Positions 23,650 to 32,747 of a stretch of 64,000 bases of DNA are shown here, in pieces; the stretch's first letter is position 1, and the number at the start of each line of letters is the position of its first letter. The translations under genes were made by a program, and so were the position numbers. Source of the DNA: Pseudobdellovibrionaceae bacterium. Its GTDB lineage: Bacteria; Pseudomonadota; Alphaproteobacteria; Micavibrionales; Micavibrionaceae. The DNA is taken from positions 7,396 to 71,395 of the forward strand of contig JBAYVC010000009.1 of assembly GCA_041674725.1 (NCBI GenBank), read 5' to 3'. Below the pieces are notes generated by a model. The model did no database searches, was not told where the DNA came from, and saw only the letters and a list, made by a program, of their open reading frames with translations.

Positions 23650-24009
23650 TCGGGGTAACCCGACTATGATGCTAAACGCTCTATGGAATAGGCGTTGTGG
23701 ACCCGGGGGCAGTGCCCGGCGGCTCCACCATATGGAACTTCTCAAAAGGTTTTATGTGATGGGGCCGAAACAGGATCGACACGCGTAGTAAAGATAAAGT
23801 CTGCATTCGTTGGAGGTACGGTCGATATCCGTCCAAGGCACAATAATTGCCAATGATAACGTACAGACCGTAGCAGCTAACGACAACGTTTTCGTTGCCG
23901 TTGGTGAAAAAATCGCTGCTTAATTGCACTGATGAAGCTACATAATCCCTGAGGCTTCGGCTGAGGGTGGGGCGCGGGGCGGCCTAGCAACAGAACTGCC
24001 CCATTTTTT
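23650..24009 (+). ncRNA. ssrA: Two-piece (circularly permuted) tmRNA gene
   Basis: The acceptor piece ends CCGGG-GGCAGTG-CCCGG CGGCTCC ACCA (CCA at 23728-23730). The coding piece starts GGGGCCGAAACAGGATCGAC at 23761. GGGGCCG pairs with CGGCTCC, giving the G3:U70 alanine identity pair. A tag frame at 23849-23923 begins GCC AAT GAT AAC (ANDN) and ends IAA-TAA. A UUCG hairpin and a weak stem plus T-run lie near 23976-24009. The outer boundaries are approximate. Confidence 0.8.
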
Positions 24010-24111
24010 ATGGCATATTGTGGGGTTTAGCCCCCAAAACGTGGGTTGACCTTGCCAAATTCTTCCCTGCCGTTTATACCTGATTCTCGTAGTTAACCTC
24101 TGCCCCGAATT

Positions 24112-24621
24112 ATGTGTCCCATGAAGATTGATGATAATGCCCTCCGCTACGACAAAATGGTTGAATTCGCTTTGCGCGGAGTCGTGCGGCAAGCCGTGTC
24201 CGAAGTTCAAAAACGCGGGCTTCCGGGCGACCACCATTTTTACATCACCTTTATGACCGATTTCCCGGGCGTTGCCATCCCTGACTATTTGCGCGAGCGT
24301 TACCCCGGTGAGATGACTATCGTCCTTCAGTACCAATTCGAAGATTTGAGCGTGGATGAAGACAAGATCGGCATTACGCTCTCCTTTAATAACGTGCCGG
24401 AACGTCTGATTATCCCGATTGCGGCGATTACTATTTTTGCCGATCCTTCCGTCAATTTTGCCCTGCAATTCCAGCCGCTGGGCGAAATGATGGATCATGA
24501 CGAACTTGAATCACTCGTGGCCGATGATCCGGATGATGATGGATCAACACCAAGCGGCAAATCCAAGCCCAAGGCCGAGAGCGGCGAAGTCATCTCACTC
24601 GATAAATTCCGTAAAAAATAA
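24112..24621 (+). CDS. sspB: ClpXP adaptor SspB (alphaproteobacterial type)
   Basis: ALRGVVRQAV...LPGDHHFYITFMTDFPGVAIPDYLRERYPGEMTIVLQYQFEDL...FADPSVNFALQF closely parallels Caulobacter SspB-alpha. The tail is acidic and disordered, ending in a basic ClpX-binding-like C-terminus (LDKFRKK). Confidence 0.8.
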   Translation: MCPMKIDDNALRYDKMVEFALRGVVRQAVSEVQKRGLPGDHHFYITFMTDFPGVAIPDYLRERYPGEMTIVLQYQFEDLSVDEDKIGITLSFNNVPERLIIPIAAITIFADPSVNFALQFQPLGEMMDHDELESLVADDPDDDGSTPSGKSKPKAESGEVISLDKFRKK

Positions 24622-24662
24622 TGGACTTTTGGGCGTAAAGCCGCTTTATATGGCGCCTTCAC

Positions 24663-26036
24663 ATGAATGAGGTCGTCATGAAAAAGCCTGAGCTTTTGGC
24701 TCCCGCAGGGTCACTTAAATCCATGCAACATGCCTTTGCCTATGGGGCGGATGCCGTTTATGCCGGACAGCCGCGTTACTCCTTGCGCGTGCGCAATAAC
24801 AGTTTCAAGAAAGACAACAATCTGGCCGAGGGGATTTCCCTCGCCCACGCGCAGGGTAAAAAATTCTATGTCGCGGCCAATTTGTTCCCGCATAATCCCA
24901 AGATCAAAACATTTTTGGATGATATGGAAGAGGTTATCGCAGGTCAGCCCGATGCCCTGATTATGGCCGACCCGGGCCTGATCATGATGGTACGCGAAAA
25001 ATGGCCGGACATGCCCATTCACCTCTCTGTCCAGATGAATACCGTCAATTATGCTGCGGTCAAATTCTGGCAGAAGATTGGCCTCACCCGTATCATCTTG
25101 TCGCGCGAACTTTCGCTCGATGAAATTGCCATGACCCGTCAGGAATGCCCCGACATGGAACTGGAAGTTTTTGTACACGGCGCGTTGTGCATTGCCTATT
25201 CAGGGCGGTGTCTTCTTTCCGGCTATTTTACGCACCGCGATTCCAACCAAGGCGCGTGCACCAATTCCTGCCGCTGGAAATATAAAACGTCTCAGGCCCA
25301 CGAAACCGAAAGCGGCGATATATTGCCTCAGGACGCCTTGCACGAGCCGCCGCTCTTTTCCGGTTGCGGTTCGCAAGAGCGTCACCCCCTTGCTGATGCC
25401 CTATATTTTCTGGAGGAAGAGCAGCGCCCGGGTGATCTCATGCCTGTGTTTGAAGATGAACACGGCACCTATATCATGAACTCGAAAGACCTGCGCGCGA
25501 TTGAACATGTGCATCGCCTTGTCGAGATCGGCGTGGATTGTTTGAAGATTGAAGGGCGTACCAAATCGCATTATTACGCGGCGCGCACCTCGCAGGCCTA
25601 CCGCCAAGCCATCGATCAGGCAATCGCCGGAAAGCCGCTTGACCCAACGCTCATTGGCGTTCTTGAAAACCTTGCGCACCGCGGTTACACGGATGGATTT
25701 TTACAGCGTCACCACAGCGCGGAGCACCAGAACTATATGTCAGGGGCTTCGCAAACCCACCGTCAGGAATTTGTCGGCGAGATGCTGGCGCACGAGGGGG
25801 ACTGGCTCACCATCGATGTGAAAAATAAGTTTTCAGTCGGTGACCGGCTTGAACTTATTCTGCCATCGGGCGCGAATAAAATCGTGACGCTGGACACTCT
25901 TCAGGATGCACACGGGACCTCCATTAGCACAGCGGCGGGGAACGGGCATATCGTGCGCATTCCTGCGTATGGGATTGAGGCGCCTTTTGTTCTGGTCAGT
26001 CGTTTTCTGGATAGGGCGCAGCAACAAGCCGCCTAA
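24663..26036 (+). CDS. Peptidase U32 family protein (YegQ/TrhP-like)
   Basis: The N-terminus reads KPELLAPAGSLKSMQHAFAYGADAVYAG. It has the E-x-F-x-HGA-C motif (EVFVHGALCIAYSGRCLLS) and is about 457 aa. Confidence 0.85.
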   Translation: MNEVVMKKPELLAPAGSLKSMQHAFAYGADAVYAGQPRYSLRVRNNSFKKDNNLAEGISLAHAQGKKFYVAANLFPHNPKIKTFLDDMEEVIAGQPDALIMADPGLIMMVREKWPDMPIHLSVQMNTVNYAAVKFWQKIGLTRIILSRELSLDEIAMTRQECPDMELEVFVHGALCIAYSGRCLLSGYFTHRDSNQGACTNSCRWKYKTSQAHETESGDILPQDALHEPPLFSGCGSQERHPLADALYFLEEEQRPGDLMPVFEDEHGTYIMNSKDLRAIEHVHRLVEIGVDCLKIEGRTKSHYYAARTSQAYRQAIDQAIAGKPLDPTLIGVLENLAHRGYTDGFLQRHHSAEHQNYMSGASQTHRQEFVGEMLAHEGDWLTIDVKNKFSVGDRLELILPSGANKIVTLDTLQDAHGTSISTAAGNGHIVRIPAYGIEAPFVLVSRFLDRAQQQAA

Positions 26037-26064
26037 CAACCCCACAAAAAGAAACAGGCCCAAA

Positions 26065-26110
26065 AAGAAACAGGCCTTGAGTTGCTCAAAGCCTGTCTTT
26101 CTTCTGGGGG
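26065..26110 (+). terminator. Long imperfect hairpin downstream of the U32 gene (candidate terminator)
   Basis: AAGAAACAGGCCTTGAG-TTG-CTCAAAGCCTGTCTTTCTT, followed by a T-rich run. It is preceded by a direct duplication of AAAAAGAAACAGGCC. Confidence 0.45.
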
Positions 26111-26406
26111 GGAGAAAGCTCGTAAATTCTTTTTTTAATGCTCCGATTTTATTGAACACACCCTACGCGGAGGAGCCTTTGGCTGAAGCAGCTTAGGCTT
26201 TATTGTACCGTCGTTTGTCCAGTTGCTTGGAGTTGTGTTTTTTATAACTCTAACTTCGGACTATGTCAACCAAAAATTTTGAAAAAGATAAGTTTTGTTT
26301 ATGTTTTTTCTTATACAGCGCTATTTTATTGAATCTGAATAGAAAAATAAATCCATCCACACGATCCATCCATATGCGAAAACCCAGTTCCTTTTGCTGA
26401 TTTTCA

Positions 26407-26450
26407 TGGATTCCCTTGGAATTTCTTTCAGAAATTCAGGGAATGACGGG
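26407..26450. repeat. Palindromic hairpin repeat, copy 1 (GGATTCCC...GGGAATGAC type)
   Basis: TGGATTCCCT-TG-GAATTTCT-TTC-AGAAATTC-AGGGAATGACGGG. It has two stacked stems of 7 and 8 bp. Confidence 0.8.
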
Positions 26451-26780
26451 AATGAGGCATGATGGAGTGGAGCCAAAGCGGTTGCCCCACACAGCACTTC
26501 CGGGGCCAGCGGGCCGGTGCAAGGTTCCTCCATAGAGGGCAAATGAGCCGATATCTGGCCTTCTCCCGCTTTCAACAACCGGAACACTCCGGCGCGGGGA
26601 AAGGGATATGCTTTATGCCTTTCTTTGTTTTCCTTAAAAAACAAAAACAGGCGCGGGCGCCCGCAGGCGCTGATTTGTTGCGGCACTTTTCCAGCCGCAG
26701 GATACGTATCAGGGACGACCCTATCAGACGCAGAACAGAATGTAAAGGAATTTGTTCCTAATTTTACAAGAAAAACGCGA

Positions 26781-26848
26781 TGGATTCCCCTAGAATTGGC
26801 GCTGCCAATTCGGGGAATGACAAGTGAGGGATGAGGGGAATGACGGGG
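26781..26848. repeat. Palindromic hairpin repeat, copy 2, plus a partial third GGGGAATGACGGGG tail
   Basis: TGGATTCCCC-TA-GAATTGGC-GCT-GCCAATTC-GGGGAATGAC. The architecture matches copy 1, with compensatory base changes in both stems. Confidence 0.8.
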
Positions 26849-26895
26849 CATGGGGAAAATGTACTGGAATAACGGTAGCGTTCGTCCAGAGCCAG

Positions 26896-27831
26896 TTAGG
26901 CAGGCGCGTGCGCCGAATTGGGTTCATCACCTTGGGGGGTATGGAGGCGTGTTTCTTTGTAAGTTGAAATACCATTAAAAGCAAAACGCAGTTTGATCGC
27001 AGTTTGGGCGACGGGCTGCATTTTCACCATATCGCCGTTCAGGCCAACCTCCACCGTTCCTGTGCCGAAATCACCGTCACGGTTGCTTTGCGCCATGGAG
27101 AAAGCGACATAAGCTCTATTGAGTTTTGCCTCAATCCTATCCCATAAATTTCCACTGGAACACCGCCGAATATTTGCGAGTGACACATCCTTACTCGCTG
27201 CATTTGCAAAACGCTCTTGGTGCGTATGACATATAACTTTGAAAAATTCTTGATCAAAAATGGACACTGGCTTAAGTCCCAGCGCATAGCCGCGTAGCAT
27301 GAAGTGTGTATCTTCTGTTCCCCATCCTTTAAAGCGGTTTTCGTTATAGCCTCCCAAATTAAAGAAGGAGTCACGTGTCATAGCTATACGTCCATAGAAA
27401 CCGCGCTCTTCAAGAGGTTTTTCTTTTACTCTCTGAAAAGCAGGATGAACGATCACACCCCTATCATCCTCAAAAATATCTGCGAGAAAATTTGCAAATC
27501 TTGGCCCCGTAAAATTATCGGCATCGACATTGCACAGCACATCGCCCGATCCCAAACGGTGGGCCATGTTTTTAGCGTGTGCGTGATGGAAAAATTCAGG
27601 CTCGCGCGTTTTGGCATACACCAATGTTCCGGTCGTCATATGATGCACCATCTCGGGATCATTCTTGATCCACTCTTCAAGACCATCTTTGGAATTGTAA
27701 TCAAGCACGACAAATTCGACCTGCGGATCGTCCGAACCCGCGCGCGGCAGATTGTCCCGTATATTTTGCGGGAGCGTCTCTTTCAAATGGTGCAAACGCC
27801 CCATGCAGGTGGTGCAGAACGAGATTTTCAT
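26896..27831 (-). CDS. GT-A fold glycosyltransferase (family 2-like)
   Basis: It has FVVLDYNSKDGL, a DxD-like motif (NVDADNF) and GGYNENRFKGWGTEDTHF, typical of galactosyltransferase-like GT-A enzymes. Confidence 0.7.
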   Translation of the reverse strand: MKISFCTTCMGRLHHLKETLPQNIRDNLPRAGSDDPQVEFVVLDYNSKDGLEEWIKNDPEMVHHMTTGTLVYAKTREPEFFHHAHAKNMAHRLGSGDVLCNVDADNFTGPRFANFLADIFEDDRGVIVHPAFQRVKEKPLEERGFYGRIAMTRDSFFNLGGYNENRFKGWGTEDTHFMLRGYALGLKPVSIFDQEFFKVICHTHQERFANAASKDVSLANIRRCSSGNLWDRIEAKLNRAYVAFSMAQSNRDGDFGTGTVEVGLNGDMVKMQPVAQTAIKLRFAFNGISTYKETRLHTPQGDEPNSAHAPA

Positions 27832-27885
27832 GGGAGTTAATGTATATTATGACAATATTATCTGTCAAACTTTTTTGCATCCTTC

Positions 27886-28878
27886 TTGCAGTTTAACCTC
27901 CCAATGCTTAATCTGCCCGCCATGTCGCCTTTATCCCCGTCCCCGTTATGGTCACCCTTGGTTGACCCTACCCATGAACCCCGCCCCCTGAGCATCACGC
28001 GCGGGGAATGGTTCGACGGCGCGCGCGGTCACCGCAAAATTGCCTATAAGGTCTATGCCCCCGCCGATGCACTTGAGGGCGAAAAATTCCCCGTGATTAT
28101 CTGGTCGCATGGCCTTGGCGGGAGCCGTGACGGGGCCGGTTTTATCTCCCGTTTTGTGGCGGCGCACGGTTTTGTCATCATCCATATCCAGCACCCAGGC
28201 ACCGACTCCACCTTGTGGGAAGGCAAGCCTGGCCACCCGTGGGATGTCATTCGCGCCACTCCTATTCCCAAAAGCGCCACGTTGCAGCGGCTCAAAGATG
28301 TGCCCTTTGCTCTCTCCCAGCTTGCCACGCTTGACGTCGCCCCGCATATGGATATGACGCGTCTTGGCATGTCGGGGCATTCTTTTGGCGGCATGACCAC
28401 GCAGGTGATGGCCGGACAAAAACGGGGACATGGAAAGCGTCAATATTCGCTGTATGAGCCCCGTTTTAAAGCCGGAATCGTCTATAGTGCAGGGCCTGTC
28501 CTTCACAAAAAAGGGCAATCGCCCGAAGATTTTTACGGCGGGATTAAAATCCCTCTTCTCATTATGACCGGAACGGATGACGACTCACCACTCGAGAATT
28601 TCGGGTATGAGCAGCGCCTTGAGGTCTTCACCCATTCCGGTGGGCCCGAGCAGCATTTGCTGGTTTTGGAAGACGGCGACCACATGGTCTATAACGGCTC
28701 ACGCGGGAAGCTCGAAGCCAATCCCAAGCGCGAAACCCACGAGACAATTATCAAAATTCTCTCACTCGCCTTCTGGGAAGCTTACCTGAGGGACAATAAA
28801 AAAGCGCATGCATGGCTGACATCCGATCAGGTGCGCACTTGGCTTTTGGACGAAGGCTCCTATACTTACAGACCATGA
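27886..28878 (+). CDS. Alpha/beta hydrolase (PAF-acetylhydrolase / dienelactone-hydrolase-like)
   Basis: It has PVIIWSHGLGGSRDG and a nucleophile elbow (GHSFGG). The true start may be slightly downstream. Confidence 0.65.
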   Translation: MQFNLPMLNLPAMSPLSPSPLWSPLVDPTHEPRPLSITRGEWFDGARGHRKIAYKVYAPADALEGEKFPVIIWSHGLGGSRDGAGFISRFVAAHGFVIIHIQHPGTDSTLWEGKPGHPWDVIRATPIPKSATLQRLKDVPFALSQLATLDVAPHMDMTRLGMSGHSFGGMTTQVMAGQKRGHGKRQYSLYEPRFKAGIVYSAGPVLHKKGQSPEDFYGGIKIPLLIMTGTDDDSPLENFGYEQRLEVFTHSGGPEQHLLVLEDGDHMVYNGSRGKLEANPKRETHETIIKILSLAFWEAYLRDNKKAHAWLTSDQVRTWLLDEGSYTYRP

Positions 28879-29804
28879 CAGACGCCATCCATATTCAAAA
28901 TCTCACCAAAACTTATGCCGCTACCGGCAAATCTTCCGCCAAAACCGCTTTGCGTGATGTTTCGCTCACTATCCCTGCGGGTTCGATTTATGGCCTGCTC
29001 GGGCCGAACGGGGCAGGAAAATCAACTCTGATCAACATCCTTGCAGGACTTGTCCTTAAAACATCCGGTTCTGTATCCATCTGGGGCACCGATATTGATG
29101 AAAATCCGCGCCAGAGCCGCGCCAATATCGGCATTGTGCCACAGGAGCTTAATTTCGACCCGTTTTTCTCGCCCAAACGCCTGCTTGATTTGCAAGCAGG
29201 GCTTTATGGTGTTCCGGCAGCCGAGCGCAAATCAATGGCGCTTCTCACCATGCTGGGGCTTGCCGATAAGGCCAATGCCTATACACGTTCGCTGTCGGGC
29301 GGGATGCGGCGGCGCTTGATGGTGGCCAAAGCGATGGTACATTCCCCGCCTATTTTGGTGCTTGATGAACCTACTGCGGGCGTTGATGTCGATCTGCGCA
29401 ATCAGTTGTGGGAGAATGTGCGCGCCCTCAACAAGCAAGGTGTCACCATATTGCTGACCACCCATTATCTTCAGGAAGCCGAGGAGCTGTGCGACCGGAT
29501 TGCGATCATCAATCATGGCCGGATTATTGCGGATGAGCCTACTGAAACGTTATTGGCCCGTATGGAAGGAAAAGATATTCGTTTCACGCTCACGTCCCCT
29601 TTGTCCACCATTCCGGACACGCTTTCAGCGTTTCATCCGGTGATCGAAGATCCCCATACTCTTACCGTTCATTATAACCCACGGGAAACCGATGCCGGAA
29701 TTATTATTGGATGCCTCCAAGACGCTGGGATTGCGTTTACCGATATTGTTACCAGTACCCCGCGTCTTGAAGATATTTTTCTGCGCCTCACGCAAGCCGC
29801 CTGA
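28875..29804 (+). CDS. ABC transporter ATP-binding protein (ABC-2 type)
   Basis: I placed the start at ATG 28875, which overlaps the upstream stop (ATGA). It has Walker A (GPNGAGKST), the signature LSGGMRRR and Walker B (ILVLDEP). No ABC-2 permease follows. Confidence 0.88.
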   Translation: MTDAIHIQNLTKTYAATGKSSAKTALRDVSLTIPAGSIYGLLGPNGAGKSTLINILAGLVLKTSGSVSIWGTDIDENPRQSRANIGIVPQELNFDPFFSPKRLLDLQAGLYGVPAAERKSMALLTMLGLADKANAYTRSLSGGMRRRLMVAKAMVHSPPILVLDEPTAGVDVDLRNQLWENVRALNKQGVTILLTTHYLQEAEELCDRIAIINHGRIIADEPTETLLARMEGKDIRFTLTSPLSTIPDTLSAFHPVIEDPHTLTVHYNPRETDAGIIIGCLQDAGIAFTDIVTSTPRLEDIFLRLTQAA

Positions 29805-29895
29805 ACTGTTTTTGTAACGGCTGGACGCCTTTCCGATTCGCAGGTATGCTGCGGAAAGTTGATACCCTTGTTCTTTTTACTTTCCGAAGGTTTCT

Positions 29896-30765
29896 ATGAT
29901 CTGGTTTTTATGGGCCGTCCTTGGCAGCGTGTTTGCGGCAGCCCTTTCCGAAAGCAACCGTATTTTGCGGTTCGACGCCCAGATCCTCAATGCGTGGCGC
30001 GCAACGTTTGGTGCCGTTCTGCTCGCTCTTGCCATTCCCTATATGCAATGGCCCACGGACAGGTTTTTCTACATTGTGGCCGGACTGGACGGCATTGTGG
30101 CCGGAATCGGGATGGTGTTTTTCTTTATTCTCTCGGCCCGCAAGACAGGCCGCGTATCGAGCATGATCCTGCCCATGGCGGCCATTAGCGCTTATCTCAC
30201 ATGGTGGATGATGCACCCCGAACTGCGGCCTGAACTGGTTGACAATCCATTTCAGGTGCTTGTCGCTTGTGTCTCGATGACGATTGTGTGTGTGGCCATG
30301 CAGCTTTTGCGTGAGAATGATGCCTCGCTCGAGAGTTTTCTAATCGTTCTGCCAGTCGGTATCTCCTTCGGTATTATCGATTCCCTGACCAAGGGTGTTT
30401 TTCTGGAGCATGACCTGATCGGGATGGCGCTGTCTTATAGCTTTGTGGCGATGTGTTGCTGCGCTTTGACGTCGTGGCTTGCGGTGATTCCCGAACCGCT
30501 GGGCGGACGGCGTAATAAAATTGTCGATCCTAAAATGTTCACAGGGGCTTTCTGGTGCGCCTTTTTTACCGTCGGGATTACGGTTGCCGAAGTGATGGCC
30601 CTGCGGATTGCCCCTAACCCCGCGCTTCCCGGCATTTTGATGGTTCTGACGCCCCTGTGGCTTTTTGGTTTTAACTTTTTGCGCAAAGTCGAGGATGATG
30701 TGTCGCTTACCGCCAGCATCCTTATTCTGGTTGGCGCTGTCGGACTTTTACTATCAACATTTTGA
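29896..30765 (+). CDS. Polytopic membrane protein (about 10 TM, DMT-like?)
   Basis: A hydrophobic 289-aa ORF with repeated TM segments. The family is not recognised with confidence. Confidence 0.5.
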   Translation: MIWFLWAVLGSVFAAALSESNRILRFDAQILNAWRATFGAVLLALAIPYMQWPTDRFFYIVAGLDGIVAGIGMVFFFILSARKTGRVSSMILPMAAISAYLTWWMMHPELRPELVDNPFQVLVACVSMTIVCVAMQLLRENDASLESFLIVLPVGISFGIIDSLTKGVFLEHDLIGMALSYSFVAMCCCALTSWLAVIPEPLGGRRNKIVDPKMFTGAFWCAFFTVGITVAEVMALRIAPNPALPGILMVLTPLWLFGFNFLRKVEDDVSLTASILILVGAVGLLLSTF

Positions 30766-30770
30766 TTTAA

Positions 30771-31172
30771 TTATGTTTCTTGGTCGAGCGCCCGCACCAG
30801 AACGTCCTGCATGTCGCTGGTTGTGCGGATCACTTGCGCATTGGCCTTATAGGCCTGCTCGGCGAGTTTGGTATTCACCAGTTCCTCGTCCAGATTGACG
30901 TTAGGCGCGTTCACCAGCCCGTCTTCATTGGCAAAGGGCGAATCCGGCTGAAAACTCGGGACAAAGGGCGGCTCACGGGTTAACGTGACAGTCTGCACCC
31001 CGCCGCCGCCTACGGATTTAGCAAGGGTTGTCTGGGCCGCGTAAGCCTGATTAGGACTATTGGGGTCTAGCGACCCTACGGAACTGGCATTAACTATATT
31101 TTCCGTAGCAACAGCCAGCTTGCGCGAAGCTGCCGTTAATCCTGAAACGGCTGTCGAAATTGGGTTTATCAT
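30771..31172 (-). CDS. Flagellar basal-body rod protein FlgC-like (orphan)
   Basis: The N-terminal rod motif reads AVSGLTAASRKLAVATENIVNASS. The C-terminal rod motif reads NEDGLVNAPNVNLDEELVNTKLAEQAYKANAQVI. Length is 133 aa, similar to FlgC. No other flagellar genes are adjacent. Confidence 0.6.
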   Translation of the reverse strand: MINPISTAVSGLTAASRKLAVATENIVNASSVGSLDPNSPNQAYAAQTTLAKSVGGGGVQTVTLTREPPFVPSFQPDSPFANEDGLVNAPNVNLDEELVNTKLAEQAYKANAQVIRTTSDMQDVLVRALDQET

Positions 31173-31218
31173 TTTCTTAATATATCATACACTCGGTTAA
31201 GATTTCTTTACGGATGGT

Positions 31219-31707
31219 ATGATGACACGCACAATTCTCACTTCTTTTGCTCTGGTTTTGCTCCTTTCCCCTGCTGTGGCGCATGCCGAAGACAGTTTCT
31301 GGGATTTTACATGGCTTACGGGACATTCGCGTCCGGCCAATGATTTCCAGCCTTATTACGATAACGGCACGGAGCCGCATGCCGGTCAATGGAAAACCCA
31401 ACTCTCCGAGGAAAACTGGAAGCCGCAGGACTGGATCGATCATAATGGCGGCGATTCCCTGCTGCTGGTGCGCAAATTTCTCAATGCTGGCGTTATCACC
31501 CGCAGCTACAGCGAAGGGAATGTCCCTGTGCTGGATGTCGGCCCGCGCTTTTACCACCTGTCCGGCCTTGATAAACGCCGTGTGGTCATGACGCTGGATT
31601 ACATCTACAAAGTGACGGATAAAAAACCTGGGGTGATTTACCTCAAGGATGCTTCCACCAATGCCGTTATCGGAACCTATACGCGCGACGGTTTAACGCT
31701 CGAGTAA
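31219..31707 (+). CDS. Hypothetical secreted protein
   Basis: It has a signal peptide ending AVAHA-ED. I recognise no family. Confidence 0.45.
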   Translation: MMTRTILTSFALVLLLSPAVAHAEDSFWDFTWLTGHSRPANDFQPYYDNGTEPHAGQWKTQLSEENWKPQDWIDHNGGDSLLLVRKFLNAGVITRSYSEGNVPVLDVGPRFYHLSGLDKRRVVMTLDYIYKVTDKKPGVIYLKDASTNAVIGTYTRDGLTLE

Positions 31708-31721
31708 ATCACGCGCGAATA

Positions 31722-32651
31722 TCAAGGTGCGGCATCACTCACCTGAGCGGGCACTTTCTTGGATTCCCACCAGATGATCCCGAGGTTACTGGCAATCACA
31801 AGGCTGGCGCCAATCATGACGGCCAGATCCGGTGCATCATCCCAGATCAGCCATCCCAACAGGATAGCCCAGATAAGGGCCGTATAGTTAAGGGGCGAGA
31901 GAACCGAGGCTTCAACCAGTTTGAAAGCATTGGTGCGCGCGATTTGAACGCCCACTGCCGCAATGGCTGTACCGCCGAGCATGCCCATATCCTCAAGACG
32001 CGGCATGTGTCCTTTATAAAGGACATAGAGTCCCCCCGCGCATGTTCCGGCCAGAAAAAAATAGAACACAGTTGTAAAGGCGTTTTCCGTCTTGCCCATG
32101 CTGCGCAACAAGACGGGGACGATGGAGGTGACCATCATGGCCAGAAAAGCAACACCCGTCCCCACGAGATTAAACCCGGGGCCAGCGGGGTTTGACGCGA
32201 TCAGGGAGCCCAGCAACCCGCACGAAACCGCTGCCCAGCGCATTGGTGTTATTTTTTCATGCAAGATAAAGGATGAAAGAATTGTCACCACTATACCCGA
32301 GGTCAGTAATATGGTTGTCACGTGGGCCATCGGCATCAGGGAATAAGCCCAAAAAACAAGCGAGACTGAAATATTACCGACAACCGAGCGCCCGATATGC
32401 GCCATGGGCCTGTCAGTTTTCAAAAGATCATAGCGGCCTGTGGCCACCAACCATGCACATAGCAGAGCCAGAGCCAAAATGCAGCGGTAGAAAACAATCT
32501 CGATGGGGTCATAGCTTTCGGAAGCCAGTTTCGAAAAACTGTTCATGCACTGTACCATGAATACGGAGAAAGCCATCAAGGCGCACCCATATACCAGCGT
32601 CGTTCCTTTGAGGCGCGTTGAGAATGTTTTAAGGGCGTGGAGGGGCGACAC
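31722..32651 (-). CDS. DMT superfamily (EamA-like) transporter
   Basis: A 309-aa ORF with about 10 TM segments and the two-EamA-repeat architecture. Confidence 0.7.
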   Translation of the reverse strand: MSPLHALKTFSTRLKGTTLVYGCALMAFSVFMVQCMNSFSKLASESYDPIEIVFYRCILALALLCAWLVATGRYDLLKTDRPMAHIGRSVVGNISVSLVFWAYSLMPMAHVTTILLTSGIVVTILSSFILHEKITPMRWAAVSCGLLGSLIASNPAGPGFNLVGTGVAFLAMMVTSIVPVLLRSMGKTENAFTTVFYFFLAGTCAGGLYVLYKGHMPRLEDMGMLGGTAIAAVGVQIARTNAFKLVEASVLSPLNYTALIWAILLGWLIWDDAPDLAVMIGASLVIASNLGIIWWESKKVPAQVSDAAP

Positions 32652-32747
32652 GGAAAACTCTGGTTTTTTGGTTGAATTTTTAAGCGGTTATACTATCTCT
32701 CTCATGAGTATTCCATTTATCCCGTTTTTAGCAAGTCTGGTGATTTT

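Noticed and set aside
23681-24498. Minus-strand ORFs 23681..23929 and 23938..24498.
   Set aside because: They overlap the tmRNA gene and run antisense to sspB. The tmRNA features (G3:U70 acceptor stem, ANDN tag frame) and the SspB homology explain the region better.
26407-26848. Possible CRISPR array, because of the repeated structured units.
   Set aside because: There are only two full copies, about 370 bp apart. The repeat sequences themselves differ (compensatory changes). No cas genes are present.
26321-26851. A 176-aa minus-strand ORF spanning the intergenic repeats. Also a 28-codon hydrophobic minus-strand ORF (MKISKRNWVFAYGWIVWMDLFFYSDSIK, 26407 down to about 26321) whose RBS would sit in hairpin copy 1, considered as a type I toxin.
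   Set aside because: The long ORF is composed of translated palindromic repeats and low-complexity sequence. In the short ORF, the ATG is part of the repeat terminus (AATCCATG), and the second repeat copy has ATC at that position. The apparent start is therefore probably an accident of the repeat. It has no other support.
28875-30765. An ABC ATPase followed by a polytopic membrane protein, considered as a novel transporter pair.
   Set aside because: The membrane protein does not look like an ABC-2 permease, and a 90-bp gap separates the two genes. Evidence for functional linkage is too weak to call.
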